Of a stretch of 64,000 nt of DNA, positions 39,405-48,169 are shown piece after piece; the first letter of the stretch is position 1, and every line of letters begins with the position of its first letter. Under the pieces are notes generated by a model. That model ran no database searches. It was given only the letters and a program-made list of their open reading frames with translations, and was not told the origin of the DNA. Both the position numbers and the translations under genes were made by a program. The DNA comes from Bacteroidales bacterium (lineage in GTDB: Bacteria > Bacteroidota > Bacteroidia > Bacteroidales > UBA932), in contig JAFRQH010000025.1 in the NCBI GenBank assembly GCA_017428725.1, forward strand, positions 30,869 through 94,868, written 5' to 3'.

Positions 39405-40643
39405 ATGAGACGATTCTTTCTTGCTTTACTGGTCCTGGCGGGCGCAGCCTCCGGGCTCTCGGCCCAGCCGCTGCCCGCGCCGCTGACGGAGCGCACCCTG
39501 CGCGTGGATTACATTTTCTCGGGGACCAATAAGTCCTGCACCATCGCCCTGGACGAGCTCAGCTGTTTGGAGGGATGGGCCGGGCGCCGGGTGCATCTCG
39601 ACGAGCTGGCCCTGCACGGCAACGGCCAGATCCGGATGCACGATGCACAGACGGGCAAGTTGCTGTATTGTAATTCCTTCTCCACGCTCTTCCAGGAGTG
39701 GCAGGCCACGGAGGAGGCCACGCGCGTGCAGAAGAGTTTCGAGAACGTCTTCCTGCTGCCGATGCCTTCCGTGCCCGTGGACGTGACGGTGGTGCTGTAT
39801 GACTTCCACCGGCAGGTGTCGGCGCGGCTGACGCACCGCGTGGATCCCTCGGACATCCTGATCCGCCGCCTCGGCTCCACGCCGCCCGCCACGCACGACA
39901 TCCTGCGCAACGGGACTCCGCAGGAGTGCATCGACGTCGTGATCCTGCCCGAAGGGTACACGGCGGCGGAGATGGAGACCTTCTACAAGGACGCGGCCGT
40001 GGCCGTGGAGAGTTTTATGAACCACCAGGTATTCAGTGAGTTGCGGGACCGCTTCAACTTTGTGGCCGTGGCGCTGCCCTCCGCCGAGAGCGGCGTGAGC
40101 CTGCCGCGGCGGGGGGACTGGAAGGACACGGCCCTGGGCTCGCACTTCGACACCTTCTACTCCGACCGCTACCTGACCACCCTGCAGCTCAAGCGGATGC
40201 ACAACCTGTTGGCCGGGATCCCGTATGAGCACATCATCATCCTGGCCAACACGGACACCTATGGCGGGGGCGGCATCTTCAACTCGTACACGCTCACCAC
40301 GGCGCACCACGCGTCGTTCCGCCCCGTGGTGGTCCACGAATTCGGCCACAGCTTCGGCGGGCTGGCGGATGAGTATGCCTACGACGACCAGTACGAGGAG
40401 CAGTATTTCCCCGGGATCGAGCCGTGGGAGCTCAACATCACCACGCAGGCGGATTTCGGCGCCAAGTGGCAGGGGATGATGGGACGCGACGGCGTGGGCC
40501 TCGTCGAGGGCGCCGGGTACCAGTCCAAGGGGGTTTGGCGTGCCACGGAGGACTGCCGGATGCGCACCAACGCCTTCCCGGATTTCTGTCCCGTCTGTGC
40601 CGAAGCGATCCGCGCGATGGTGCGGTTCTATACCGGAGATTGA
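39405..40643 (+). CDS. M64 family (IgA peptidase-like) secreted metallopeptidase
   Basis: Signal peptide; DVVILPEGYT, HEFGHSFGGLADEY zincin motif, C-terminal CRMR..FCPVC; -7 element TATATTTG at 39392-39399. Confidence 0.9.
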   Translation: MRRFFLALLVLAGAASGLSAQPLPAPLTERTLRVDYIFSGTNKSCTIALDELSCLEGWAGRRVHLDELALHGNGQIRMHDAQTGKLLYCNSFSTLFQEWQATEEATRVQKSFENVFLLPMPSVPVDVTVVLYDFHRQVSARLTHRVDPSDILIRRLGSTPPATHDILRNGTPQECIDVVILPEGYTAAEMETFYKDAAVAVESFMNHQVFSELRDRFNFVAVALPSAESGVSLPRRGDWKDTALGSHFDTFYSDRYLTTLQLKRMHNLLAGIPYEHIIILANTDTYGGGGIFNSYTLTTAHHASFRPVVVHEFGHSFGGLADEYAYDDQYEEQYFPGIEPWELNITTQADFGAKWQGMMGRDGVGLVEGAGYQSKGVWRATEDCRMRTNAFPDFCPVCAEAIRAMVRFYTGD

Positions 40644-41641
40644 CGTTTGAAGTGATCGAAGCCGGCGACGGGGCCTTCTGCGCCGCGCCATTCGATATCC
40701 GTCATTCCGGGCTCGATCCGGGATCTCCTCTCTGTCACTGTCCCTATCACCGTGTGGGGCACGTCCAGCATCTTCTCTGCTTCGGGAGTGCAGGTGAACA
40801 GCAGCTCGTAGTCCTCGCCGCCGCCGGTGGCGAGCGCTGCAGCGTCCCAGCCCAGGCGCGCGCAGGTGCGCTGCAGGGCGGGGGAGAGCGGCAGAGCCGG
40901 CACGTCGATGACGGCGCCCACGCCGGAAGCTTCCAGGATATGACGCAGGTCCGAGCCGATGCCGTCTGAGATGTCCATCATTGCGTGGACGCCGGGCGTG
41001 GCGGCGAGCCGCAGGCCCTCGGCCACGCGCGGCAGCGGCAGATAGTGACGGTTGATAAGTGCCTGGATATCAGCGTCCGTCTCCACCCCTTCGAGGATGG
41101 CCTTCAGGCCAGCGGCGGAGTCGCCCAGCGTGCTCGTCACGCAGACCAGGTCGCCGGCCTGCGCGGCGCTGCGCAGGCGCGCGGCTCCGGCGGGGCACTC
41201 GCCGAGTACGGTTACGTTGATGCAGATGCGGTCGGGCGAGGCGGTGGTATCGCCGCCCAGCAGCGCGGCGCCGAAGCGCGCGGAGATCTCCGCATACCCA
41301 CGCAGGAATTCCCCCATCCAATCCGCCTCAAGGTCTGGCGGCAGCGCCACGGACAGGAAGGTCGCCGTGGGCTGTCCGCCCATTGCGGCAATGTCGGAGA
41401 GGTTGACGGCGGCTGACTTCCAGCCCAGCTGGAAGGGGGAGACCCGGTCCCGTAGGAAATGCGTCCCTTCGACGAGCATGTCCGTGCTCACGAGGGTGTC
41501 CTGTCCGCTGCGCTGGGGGATCACGGCGCAGTCGTCCCCGATCCCCGTGACCCCTTCCGGGGCCGGGAAACGCTTCCGGATCCGGCCGATCAGGCCGAAT
41601 TCGCCCAAGTCCGTCAGGCTCATTTCCTTCGTCGCTTGCAT
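40628..41641 (-). CDS. thiL: Thiamine-monophosphate kinase
   Basis: GEFGLI, GIGDDCA, NLSDIAAMG, GGDTT, MMDISDG, GGEDYELL, GFDHF; start 41641 or 41623. Confidence 0.95.
   Translation of the reverse strand: MQATKEMSLTDLGEFGLIGRIRKRFPAPEGVTGIGDDCAVIPQRSGQDTLVSTDMLVEGTHFLRDRVSPFQLGWKSAAVNLSDIAAMGGQPTATFLSVALPPDLEADWMGEFLRGYAEISARFGAALLGGDTTASPDRICINVTVLGECPAGAARLRSAAQAGDLVCVTSTLGDSAAGLKAILEGVETDADIQALINRHYLPLPRVAEGLRLAATPGVHAMMDISDGIGSDLRHILEASGVGAVIDVPALPLSPALQRTCARLGWDAAALATGGGEDYELLFTCTPEAEKMLDVPHTVIGTVTERRSRIEPGMTDIEWRGAEGPVAGFDHFKRQSPV
40701..40728. repeat. REP-like palindromic element, copy 2, in frame within the thiL 3' end
   Basis: GTCATTCCGGGCTCGATCCGGGATCTCC; forms an 8-bp hairpin; read on the minus strand within RRSRIEPGMTD. 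Confidence 0.6.
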
Positions 41642-41701
41642 AAGGCAAAAATACACAGAAAAGCCCAGCTTTACAACGAGAACCCCCTTTTTCCCCCTGT
41701 A

Positions 41702-41719
41702 ACCACATAATTAGGTGGT
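41702..41719. promoter_or_regulatory. 18-bp palindrome, candidate LuxR-type operator
   Basis: ACCACATAATTAGGTGGT, dyad with a single mismatched pair, about 22 nt upstream of a CATATTTG -7-like element preceding the small luxR gene. Confidence 0.5.
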
Positions 41720-41761
41720 GTTTTTCTCTTGCCAAAACCTCATATTTGTCAAGTAAACACG

Positions 41762-41983
41762 ATGAGAATGGCAATAAGTGGCAAACTATCCGACCCGATG
41801 ACCGAGCGGGAATTGCAGATCCTGCAGCTGCTTGCGCAGGGGCAGTCCTCCACGAAGATCGCGAAAGCGCTGGGACTGAGCCCGAGTACCATCATGTGGT
41901 ACCGCAAGCGCCTGCACCTCAAGTTCGACGTCCACAGTACCCCCGAGCTCGTCGTCGCCGCCACCAAGCAGGGCCTCCTCTGA
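41762..41983 (+). CDS. Stand-alone LuxR/GerE-type HTH protein
   Basis: TERELQILQLLAQGQSSTKIAKALGLSPSTIMWYRKRLHLKFDV; no sensor domain; start 41762, 41768 or 41798. Confidence 0.85.
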   Translation: MRMAISGKLSDPMTERELQILQLLAQGQSSTKIAKALGLSPSTIMWYRKRLHLKFDVHSTPELVVAATKQGLL

Positions 41984-42006
41984 ACTAACACATAAATCAA
42001 ACGGAT

Positions 42007-43311
42007 ATGAAAAGAATCGTATTACTGGTAACCGTCCTCGCGCTCGCATGTGCATCCGCGTCCGCGCAGGGCATGCTTGGGCGCCTGAAAGAGCGCGCCA
42101 AGAATGCCGTCGAGAACAATATCGGCAACAAGGTTGAAGAAGGCATCAACAGCGTCTTCAACAAAAATAAGAACCAGAACCAGGAGCAGGAGGCCGCTAA
42201 ACCTGCCAACCCGCAGGAAGCAGCAGAAGGGGAAGAGGCCGTTGGTGAAACCGTCGATTTTGCCGCGATCCAGGCCAAGAGCGACTTCAAGCGTGGCGGC
42301 ACCGTATTCTTCAATGACGAACTGAAAGGTGAGCAGCTGGGCGAGTTCCCTTCCAAATGGGATCTCCTCAGTGGCTCTGAAGTGGAAGTAGTGAATATCA
42401 AGGGCGTGAATGCCATCAAGATGGAGGGAGGAAGGATTCAGCCTCTGATGGAAGAAAAGTATTATCTGCCTGAAGAGTTCACCATCGAATTCGATGTACT
42501 CTCCCAACCCGCTCTGGAAGGCTCCAGTTGGGATGCTACCCTCGACATTGTCTTGAAAGCTGAAGACGGCTATAACGCCTTCGATATCCGTACCAGCGTG
42601 GAGACTCATACGCTCAACAATCCAAGTGGAGGGTATTATGGTATTGGTTGGGGCTGGGGAGCATACAATCCCAATGGTGATAAAATTGACGGAGAACCCG
42701 GAACAGCTGCTATTGCCAAAGTTTTCAAGAAAAACGACTGGAACCACATTGCCATCTCATTCAACAAGCGGGCTTTCAAGATGTACCTCAATTACGAGCG
42801 CATCGTGAATATCCCGAATATGAAACAGCCGCGCTCTTGGTATATGGAAGGCGATTCAGACAGCAATAAGGGTGTCTATGTTACTAACATAGTGATGGCG
42901 AAGGGTGCTGTGGAACTCTATGATCGCAATGCTACCGACTATTCTTCTGCCGTCGAAAAAGCCATTGTCGAGACGGGTAAGTTCGTGACCAACAATATTT
43001 TGTTTGAGACCGGCAAGGCCACGCTCAAACCCGAGTCGATGGAGGAGATCCAGAAGGTGGCCGACTATATGAAGAAGAACCCGTCCGCCCGTTTCGAGGT
43101 CCAGGGACACACCGACAATTCCGGCTCCGACAAGGTCAATGACCCGCTCTCCCAGGAGCGCGCCGAGGCCGTCGTGAAGGCCCTGGAGGGCCTGGGCGTG
43201 GATCCGTTCAACCTCCGCCCTGTCGGCAAGGGCTCCCACGAGCCGGTGGCCGACAACGGCACCGAAGCGGGTCGTGCTCAGAACCGGCGTGTGGAGTTCA
43301 TTAAGAAATAG
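42007..43311 (+). CDS. OmpA-family exported protein with a central beta-rich domain
   Basis: Signal peptide; C-terminal ILFETGKA, VQGHTD..GS..N..LSQERAEAV, NRRVEF peptidoglycan-binding OmpA motifs. Confidence 0.92.
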   Translation: MKRIVLLVTVLALACASASAQGMLGRLKERAKNAVENNIGNKVEEGINSVFNKNKNQNQEQEAAKPANPQEAAEGEEAVGETVDFAAIQAKSDFKRGGTVFFNDELKGEQLGEFPSKWDLLSGSEVEVVNIKGVNAIKMEGGRIQPLMEEKYYLPEEFTIEFDVLSQPALEGSSWDATLDIVLKAEDGYNAFDIRTSVETHTLNNPSGGYYGIGWGWGAYNPNGDKIDGEPGTAAIAKVFKKNDWNHIAISFNKRAFKMYLNYERIVNIPNMKQPRSWYMEGDSDSNKGVYVTNIVMAKGAVELYDRNATDYSSAVEKAIVETGKFVTNNILFETGKATLKPESMEEIQKVADYMKKNPSARFEVQGHTDNSGSDKVNDPLSQERAEAVVKALEGLGVDPFNLRPVGKGSHEPVADNGTEAGRAQNRRVEFIKK

Positions 43312-43325
43312 CTATCTTTGCGCTT

Positions 43326-44519
43326 ATGAAGCGCATCCTGCTGATACTTGCCGCGATGGTCCCGATAGCCGCCTATGGCTACGGCGACCATCGCGGCCGT
43401 AATCTGGACTCCCTGGAGCGGGTCCTGGCGCGGTACACGCCGGACCGGCTGGCCGTGGCCACGGCGGAGGAGAAGGCGGACTACGTCCAGACCTGCCGCC
43501 AGATGGCCTGGGGCTATCTCCAGTTGGACGGCCCCAAGAGCGTGTATTACGCCCGGCAGGCCATCCGGACCGGGCGGGAGCTGGACAGCCAGGAGTCCGT
43601 TTTCGATATGTCCATCCTCATCGGGCAGTGTTTCTGGGCCCGGGACCAGTTCGACAGCGCCCGGGTGTACTACACCCAGGCCGCCGACGCACTGGCGCAG
43701 ATCGAGGCCCGCTGGGACAAGCCCGACTGGAACGACCTGGAAGCGGACCAGGCGCGCCTGTGGGGCACGCTGGGCAATTTCTATGCGATGCAGGACTCCC
43801 TGGAGCTGTTTGCGTATTATTACGGCAAGGCCGGGGAGATCTTCGAGCGGCGGGGCTGGTGGGAGGATGCCTCCACACTGCACCGCAACATCGGGGAAGT
43901 CTATCAGGATGAAGGGGCGCTCAAGGCGGCGAAGCCCGAATACGAGCGCGCCCTGGAGCTTGCCCGCCAGAGCGGGGATTCACTGATCATCGCCCGGGCG
44001 ATGTACGGCCTGGGACGCTGGTACAAGGAGTCCGGCCGCACGGCCAAGGCCTTGAAGTACCTGGCGCAGGCGGACGAGTACTATGGCAACCATCCCGTGG
44101 AGGAGTCTTCCGGCCGCGCCGACACCCTCGCGGTGATGAACGCTGCACACAGGCAACTCTACCGCAATGCCCTTCTGCTGGCATTCGGCGCCCTCCTGCT
44201 GCTCGCGGCCTGGGTGGTCGCCTGGGTCGTCGTCCGCCGCCTCAAGCGCACGCGCCAGGAACTCTCGGAGACCTCGGCGGTGCTGGACGAGACCATCGAA
44301 GAGCTCCGCCAGGCGCCCGCCGAAGCGGAGCTGCTGACGGAGCAGGAGAAAAGGATCCTGCGGCTACTCGCCCAGGGGCGGACATCGCAGCAGATCGCGG
44401 ACGAGATGTGCCTGGGCTTCAACACGATCCTATGGTATCGCAAGCGCCTGCACGCCAAGCTGGACGTTCACACCACCGGCGCACTCATCGCCGAGGCCCA
44501 GCGGCGGGGCCTGCTGTAA
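43326..44519 (+). CDS. Transmembrane one-component regulator: periplasmic TPR-like region, TM helix, coiled coil, LuxR HTH
   Basis: Signal peptide, TPR-like repeats (LHRNIGEVYQDEGALKAAKPEYERALELA), TM ALLLAFGALLLLAAWVVAWVVV, C-terminal LTEQEKRILRLLAQG HTH. Confidence 0.88.
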   Translation: MKRILLILAAMVPIAAYGYGDHRGRNLDSLERVLARYTPDRLAVATAEEKADYVQTCRQMAWGYLQLDGPKSVYYARQAIRTGRELDSQESVFDMSILIGQCFWARDQFDSARVYYTQAADALAQIEARWDKPDWNDLEADQARLWGTLGNFYAMQDSLELFAYYYGKAGEIFERRGWWEDASTLHRNIGEVYQDEGALKAAKPEYERALELARQSGDSLIIARAMYGLGRWYKESGRTAKALKYLAQADEYYGNHPVEESSGRADTLAVMNAAHRQLYRNALLLAFGALLLLAAWVVAWVVVRRLKRTRQELSETSAVLDETIEELRQAPAEAELLTEQEKRILRLLAQGRTSQQIADEMCLGFNTILWYRKRLHAKLDVHTTGALIAEAQRRGLL

Positions 44520-44538
44520 TCCATTATACAGACAGAGA

Positions 44539-45591
44539 CTACCTTCCGAAGTCCCCGGGGTTCTCGGACCAGCCGGGTTCGCTGAGGATCTGGACGGCCG
44601 TGACGGGGCCGAGGTGTTTCCAGTCCTCGACGGCCCAGACCACCTCTTTGTCCGGGGTCACTTCCACGAGCTGCGCACCGCTGCCGGAGGTGCCGCGCGC
44701 ACACAGGAGGGTGTTGCCGTTGCTGAGCCGGACCACGGTCTGGCATTTGCCGGGACGGTACGGCTCCGGGATCTCGTCCAGGTCGAGCTCCCAGACGGTC
44801 TCCTTGGCCTTGTTGACCTCGATGACCTTCCTGTCCTTCTCCATGCTGATGAGCGTGTTGCCGTTCTTGAGCCGGACCGCCGACCAGGGCTGGCGGCAGT
44901 CGTACTGCCAGATGATGTTCCAGTCTTTGTCGAATTCGACCACCTTGGCCTCGCTGATGTAGCTCAGCAGCCAGGTGCCCTCGTCGGTGTAGCGCATCCG
45001 GCGGCTCTGGCCGTGGGTGGAGCTGTTGGGGAAGTCCAGGGTATGCTCCCAAAGGACCTCGCCCGTGTTGTGGTTGAACATCACGACGCGTCCCGTGGGC
45101 TTGTGGTTGATCAGCATGAATGCCAGGTCCTTGCCGATGGGCTGGAGGGTGTGGAGTTCCTCGCCCTCCTTGCAGTCGTAGCGCCAGATCTCCCGCTTGT
45201 CCGGGGTCACCTTGGCGGCGAAGGTCTGCCGGGAGAAGAGGATCTCGCCGTTGCGGAGCATCCAGATGTCGCCGAGCTCCCAGCCGGGGCCGGTGTCGTA
45301 TTTCCAGACCACCTCTCCCTTGTCTATCAGCAGGATGCGGTTGTAGCCCTCGCCGATGTAGAGCATCGGGTAGCGGGCGAGGCCCTCTCCGGGCCACTCG
45401 TCCGGGGTGACCTTGTCGGACATCCAGGCGAAGTTCTCCCCGATGTTGAGGTCTTCGGCGGGGCCGTTCTCGGGGACATTGTCAGCGGTGAAGAGGGGGA
45501 TCAGCCCGGCCAGCGTGTCCGGGCCCTTGGGACCGGCGCAGGCCAGAAGGCACAGGACCGGTGCGGACAGGAATACTTTTTTGATTTTCAT
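44539..45591 (-). CDS. Hypothetical beta-propeller lipoprotein (PQQ-like/ASST-like repeats)
   Basis: Lipobox LLAC; repeated W-x-Y/F-D...RLxNGNxL...VxEV units. Confidence 0.7.
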   Translation of the reverse strand: MKIKKVFLSAPVLCLLACAGPKGPDTLAGLIPLFTADNVPENGPAEDLNIGENFAWMSDKVTPDEWPGEGLARYPMLYIGEGYNRILLIDKGEVVWKYDTGPGWELGDIWMLRNGEILFSRQTFAAKVTPDKREIWRYDCKEGEELHTLQPIGKDLAFMLINHKPTGRVVMFNHNTGEVLWEHTLDFPNSSTHGQSRRMRYTDEGTWLLSYISEAKVVEFDKDWNIIWQYDCRQPWSAVRLKNGNTLISMEKDRKVIEVNKAKETVWELDLDEIPEPYRPGKCQTVVRLSNGNTLLCARGTSGSGAQLVEVTPDKEVVWAVEDWKHLGPVTAVQILSEPGWSENPGDFGR

Positions 45592-45665
45592 AGGAAAGAT
45601 ATGCAGATAATTCCAACCGTAAACAAAGATAGGGAAAATATCACTTTTTTCTGTACATTTGCGAT

Positions 45666-46043
45666 ATGAAAGCGCCCAAAAATCTTGAGAAATACATCCC
45701 GAACTATGATGTGGAGCGGCTCTGGAAGAAGCTTCGCCGTGTCTTCCGGCGGCTCGGCGCCAAGGCCGTCTATTATGTCCTGATCCTGTATTATGCGATG
45801 CAGGACCCGCAGGTGTCCAAGAAGGACAAGGGGATCATCCTCGGGGCGCTGGGCTACTTCCTGCTGCCCCTCGACCTGATGCCGGACTTCCTGCCGGGTG
45901 TCGGCTACACCGACGACATCGCGGCGCTGGCCTTCGCCATCTACAAGGTTTGGCACTGCATCACCCCGGTGGTCCGGAGCATGGCCGAGGCCAAGGTCTA
46001 CGAATGGTTCGGCGACGTGGACCAGAGCGACCTGGTCCTGTAG
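45666..46043 (+). CDS. YkvA/DUF1232 family membrane protein
   Basis: ALGYFLLPLDLMPDFLPGVGYTDD motif. Confidence 0.9.
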   Translation: MKAPKNLEKYIPNYDVERLWKKLRRVFRRLGAKAVYYVLILYYAMQDPQVSKKDKGIILGALGYFLLPLDLMPDFLPGVGYTDDIAALAFAIYKVWHCITPVVRSMAEAKVYEWFGDVDQSDLVL

Positions 46044-46910
46044 TTATCCGATGACCAGTCCGTCCCAGGCGGGATGGACGTGGGGCGGGAGCATCGCGGC
46101 GAACGCTTCGTGGCAGGGGAGTTGGTGCGACATGTGCGTGATGTAGGATTCCCGCGCGCCCACCCGCGCAAAGAAATCCAACGCCTCCGGCAGGGAGGGA
46201 TGCGAGTGGTGGTCGCCGACCTTGACGCAGCCCAGGGTCACGTATTCCACGCCTTTCAGTTTGTCGAATTCCGCTTCGCTGTCCAGCATCTTGATGTCGG
46301 TCAGGTAGGCGATGTTGCCGAAGCGGTACCCCAGCACGGAGAGTTTCTTCTCGCGGTGGTGCCATCCCTGGATGGGGATGACCTCCGCCGTGGCGTCGGC
46401 ATCCGACTGCGGCGGGAGGTGGTGGTAGCCGAAGCCCCGCTCCCAGCTGAGGACCTCCTCGCCGGCGTTGGAGTGGACGAGGAAAGGATGGGCGCCGTCG
46501 ATCCTGTGCAGGTGCCACTCCGGGGCGCCGGGATACTTCTGCTCGGCGAAGGCGTAGGCGTATTCGCGGTGGAGCGTGTCCTCCACATAAGGCTGGCAAT
46601 AGATGTTGACCGGGTGCCGCTCACACAGGTTGAAGGCGCGGACGTCGTCCAGCCCGGCCGTGTGGTCCTTGTGGTTGTGCGTGAGCAGGATGGCGTCGAG
46701 GTGCCTGACCCCGGCGCGCAGCATCTGCCAGCGCAAGTCCGGGCCGGCGTCCACCAGGATCGTCAAACCGCCGTATTCGACCAGCGCGGCGGCGCGCAGG
46801 CGCTTGTCGCGCGGGTCGGCCGAGCGGCAGACCGCGCAGTCGCAGCCGATCATCGGAATGCCGGACGAAGTGCCCGTGCCGAGGAATGTAAGCCTTGCTT
46901 TCTGCTCCAT
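46044..46910 (-). CDS. MBL-fold metallo-hydrolase (PhnP-like)
   Basis: LGTGTSSGIPMIGCDCAVC, THNHKDHTAGLDD, YLTD, SH, THMSH. Confidence 0.9.
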   Translation of the reverse strand: MEQKARLTFLGTGTSSGIPMIGCDCAVCRSADPRDKRLRAAALVEYGGLTILVDAGPDLRWQMLRAGVRHLDAILLTHNHKDHTAGLDDVRAFNLCERHPVNIYCQPYVEDTLHREYAYAFAEQKYPGAPEWHLHRIDGAHPFLVHSNAGEEVLSWERGFGYHHLPPQSDADATAEVIPIQGWHHREKKLSVLGYRFGNIAYLTDIKMLDSEAEFDKLKGVEYVTLGCVKVGDHHSHPSLPEALDFFARVGARESYITHMSHQLPCHEAFAAMLPPHVHPAWDGLVIG

Positions 46911-46912
46911 AT

Positions 46913-48169
46913 CTAATCTATCACGATGTCAACCAGTTGGTTCACCAGCGCCGGATCGTACGGGCGTGTGATGCGGAGGTAGTTGCCGGTATAGCCCTCC
47001 ATCTGCCCGCCGCGTTGCGTGGACTCGAAGAGCACGCGCTCGTGCACGCCGCGGTTCGCTTCGCGGAACTCCGCGTGCAGGCGCGCGCTGAGCTCTTCCA
47101 GCACGGCCACCCGGTGCTTCTTGGTCGCCTCGTCCACCTGTCCGGGCATGGATGCGGCGGGCGTGCCGGGACGCCGGGAATAGGGGAAGACGTGGATGAA
47201 GGCGGGACGCACGCGGTCGAGGAAATCGAAGGTCTGGCGGAAGAGCGCCGGCGTCTCCCCGGGCAGGCCCACCATCACGTCGATGCCGAAGAAGACCTTC
47301 GGGCCGCCCGGCCGCTCCATCTTGCGCCGGACCATCTCGATGCGTTCCGCGAAGAAGGCGGTGTCATAGTGGCGGCCCATCCGCGCGAGCAGCTCGTCGG
47401 AGCCGGTCTGCAGCGGGATGTGGAAATGCGGCTGGAACTTGGTCCCGGAGACGATCCAGTCCACGATCTCCTCCGTCAGCAGGTTGGGCTCGATGCTGGA
47501 GATGCGGTAGCGCTCGATGCCCTCCACGCGGTCCAGCGCTTTCAGCAGGTCCAGGAACGACTCGCCGCTCGTCCGGCCGAAGTCGCCCGTGTTCACGCCG
47601 GTAAGCACGATTTCGCGGAGCCCCTGCGCGGCGATCCGCTCCGCATTCCGTACGCAGTCGGCGACCGGGATGTTGCGGCTCCGCCCGCGGGCGTAGGGGA
47701 CCGTGCAGTATTTGCAGAAATTGTCGCACCCGTCCTGGACTTTCAGGAACGCACGCGTGCGGGATTCCGCAGAAGAATAGGCCGGGAAGACGGAGCCATC
47801 CGTCTCCGGCTTTCCCGGGGCTTCCAGCCCCAGCAATGCCAGTGTCTCACTGACCACCAGCCCCTTCTCGGCGGCGCCGAACACGCGGCTCACGCCCTCG
47901 ATCCGCTCGATCTCGGCGCGCCGCAGCTCGGCGCTGCAGCCCGTCACGACGACCTTGGCGTCGGGGTTGATCCGGTGGACCTTGCGGACCAGGTTGCGGG
48001 ACTTGCTGTCGGCCGTGGCCGTGACGGAGCAGGTGTTGATCAGGTAGACGTCGGCGCGCTCGGTCCAGGGCACGACCTCCAGGCCCGCGGCCAGCAGACC
48101 GCGTTCGTAGGTGGCCGTCTCGGCGAAATTGAGCTTGCAGCCCAGGGTCAGCAGCGCGAGTTTCATCAA
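46913..48169 (-). CDS. mtaB: tRNA t6A37 methylthiotransferase
   Basis: TLGCKLNFAET, NTCSVT, radical SAM GCDNFCKYC, YSRRPGT. Confidence 0.92.
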   Translation of the reverse strand: MMKLALLTLGCKLNFAETATYERGLLAAGLEVVPWTERADVYLINTCSVTATADSKSRNLVRKVHRINPDAKVVVTGCSAELRRAEIERIEGVSRVFGAAEKGLVVSETLALLGLEAPGKPETDGSVFPAYSSAESRTRAFLKVQDGCDNFCKYCTVPYARGRSRNIPVADCVRNAERIAAQGLREIVLTGVNTGDFGRTSGESFLDLLKALDRVEGIERYRISSIEPNLLTEEIVDWIVSGTKFQPHFHIPLQTGSDELLARMGRHYDTAFFAERIEMVRRKMERPGGPKVFFGIDVMVGLPGETPALFRQTFDFLDRVRPAFIHVFPYSRRPGTPAASMPGQVDEATKKHRVAVLEELSARLHAEFREANRGVHERVLFESTQRGGQMEGYTGNYLRITRPYDPALVNQLVDIVID

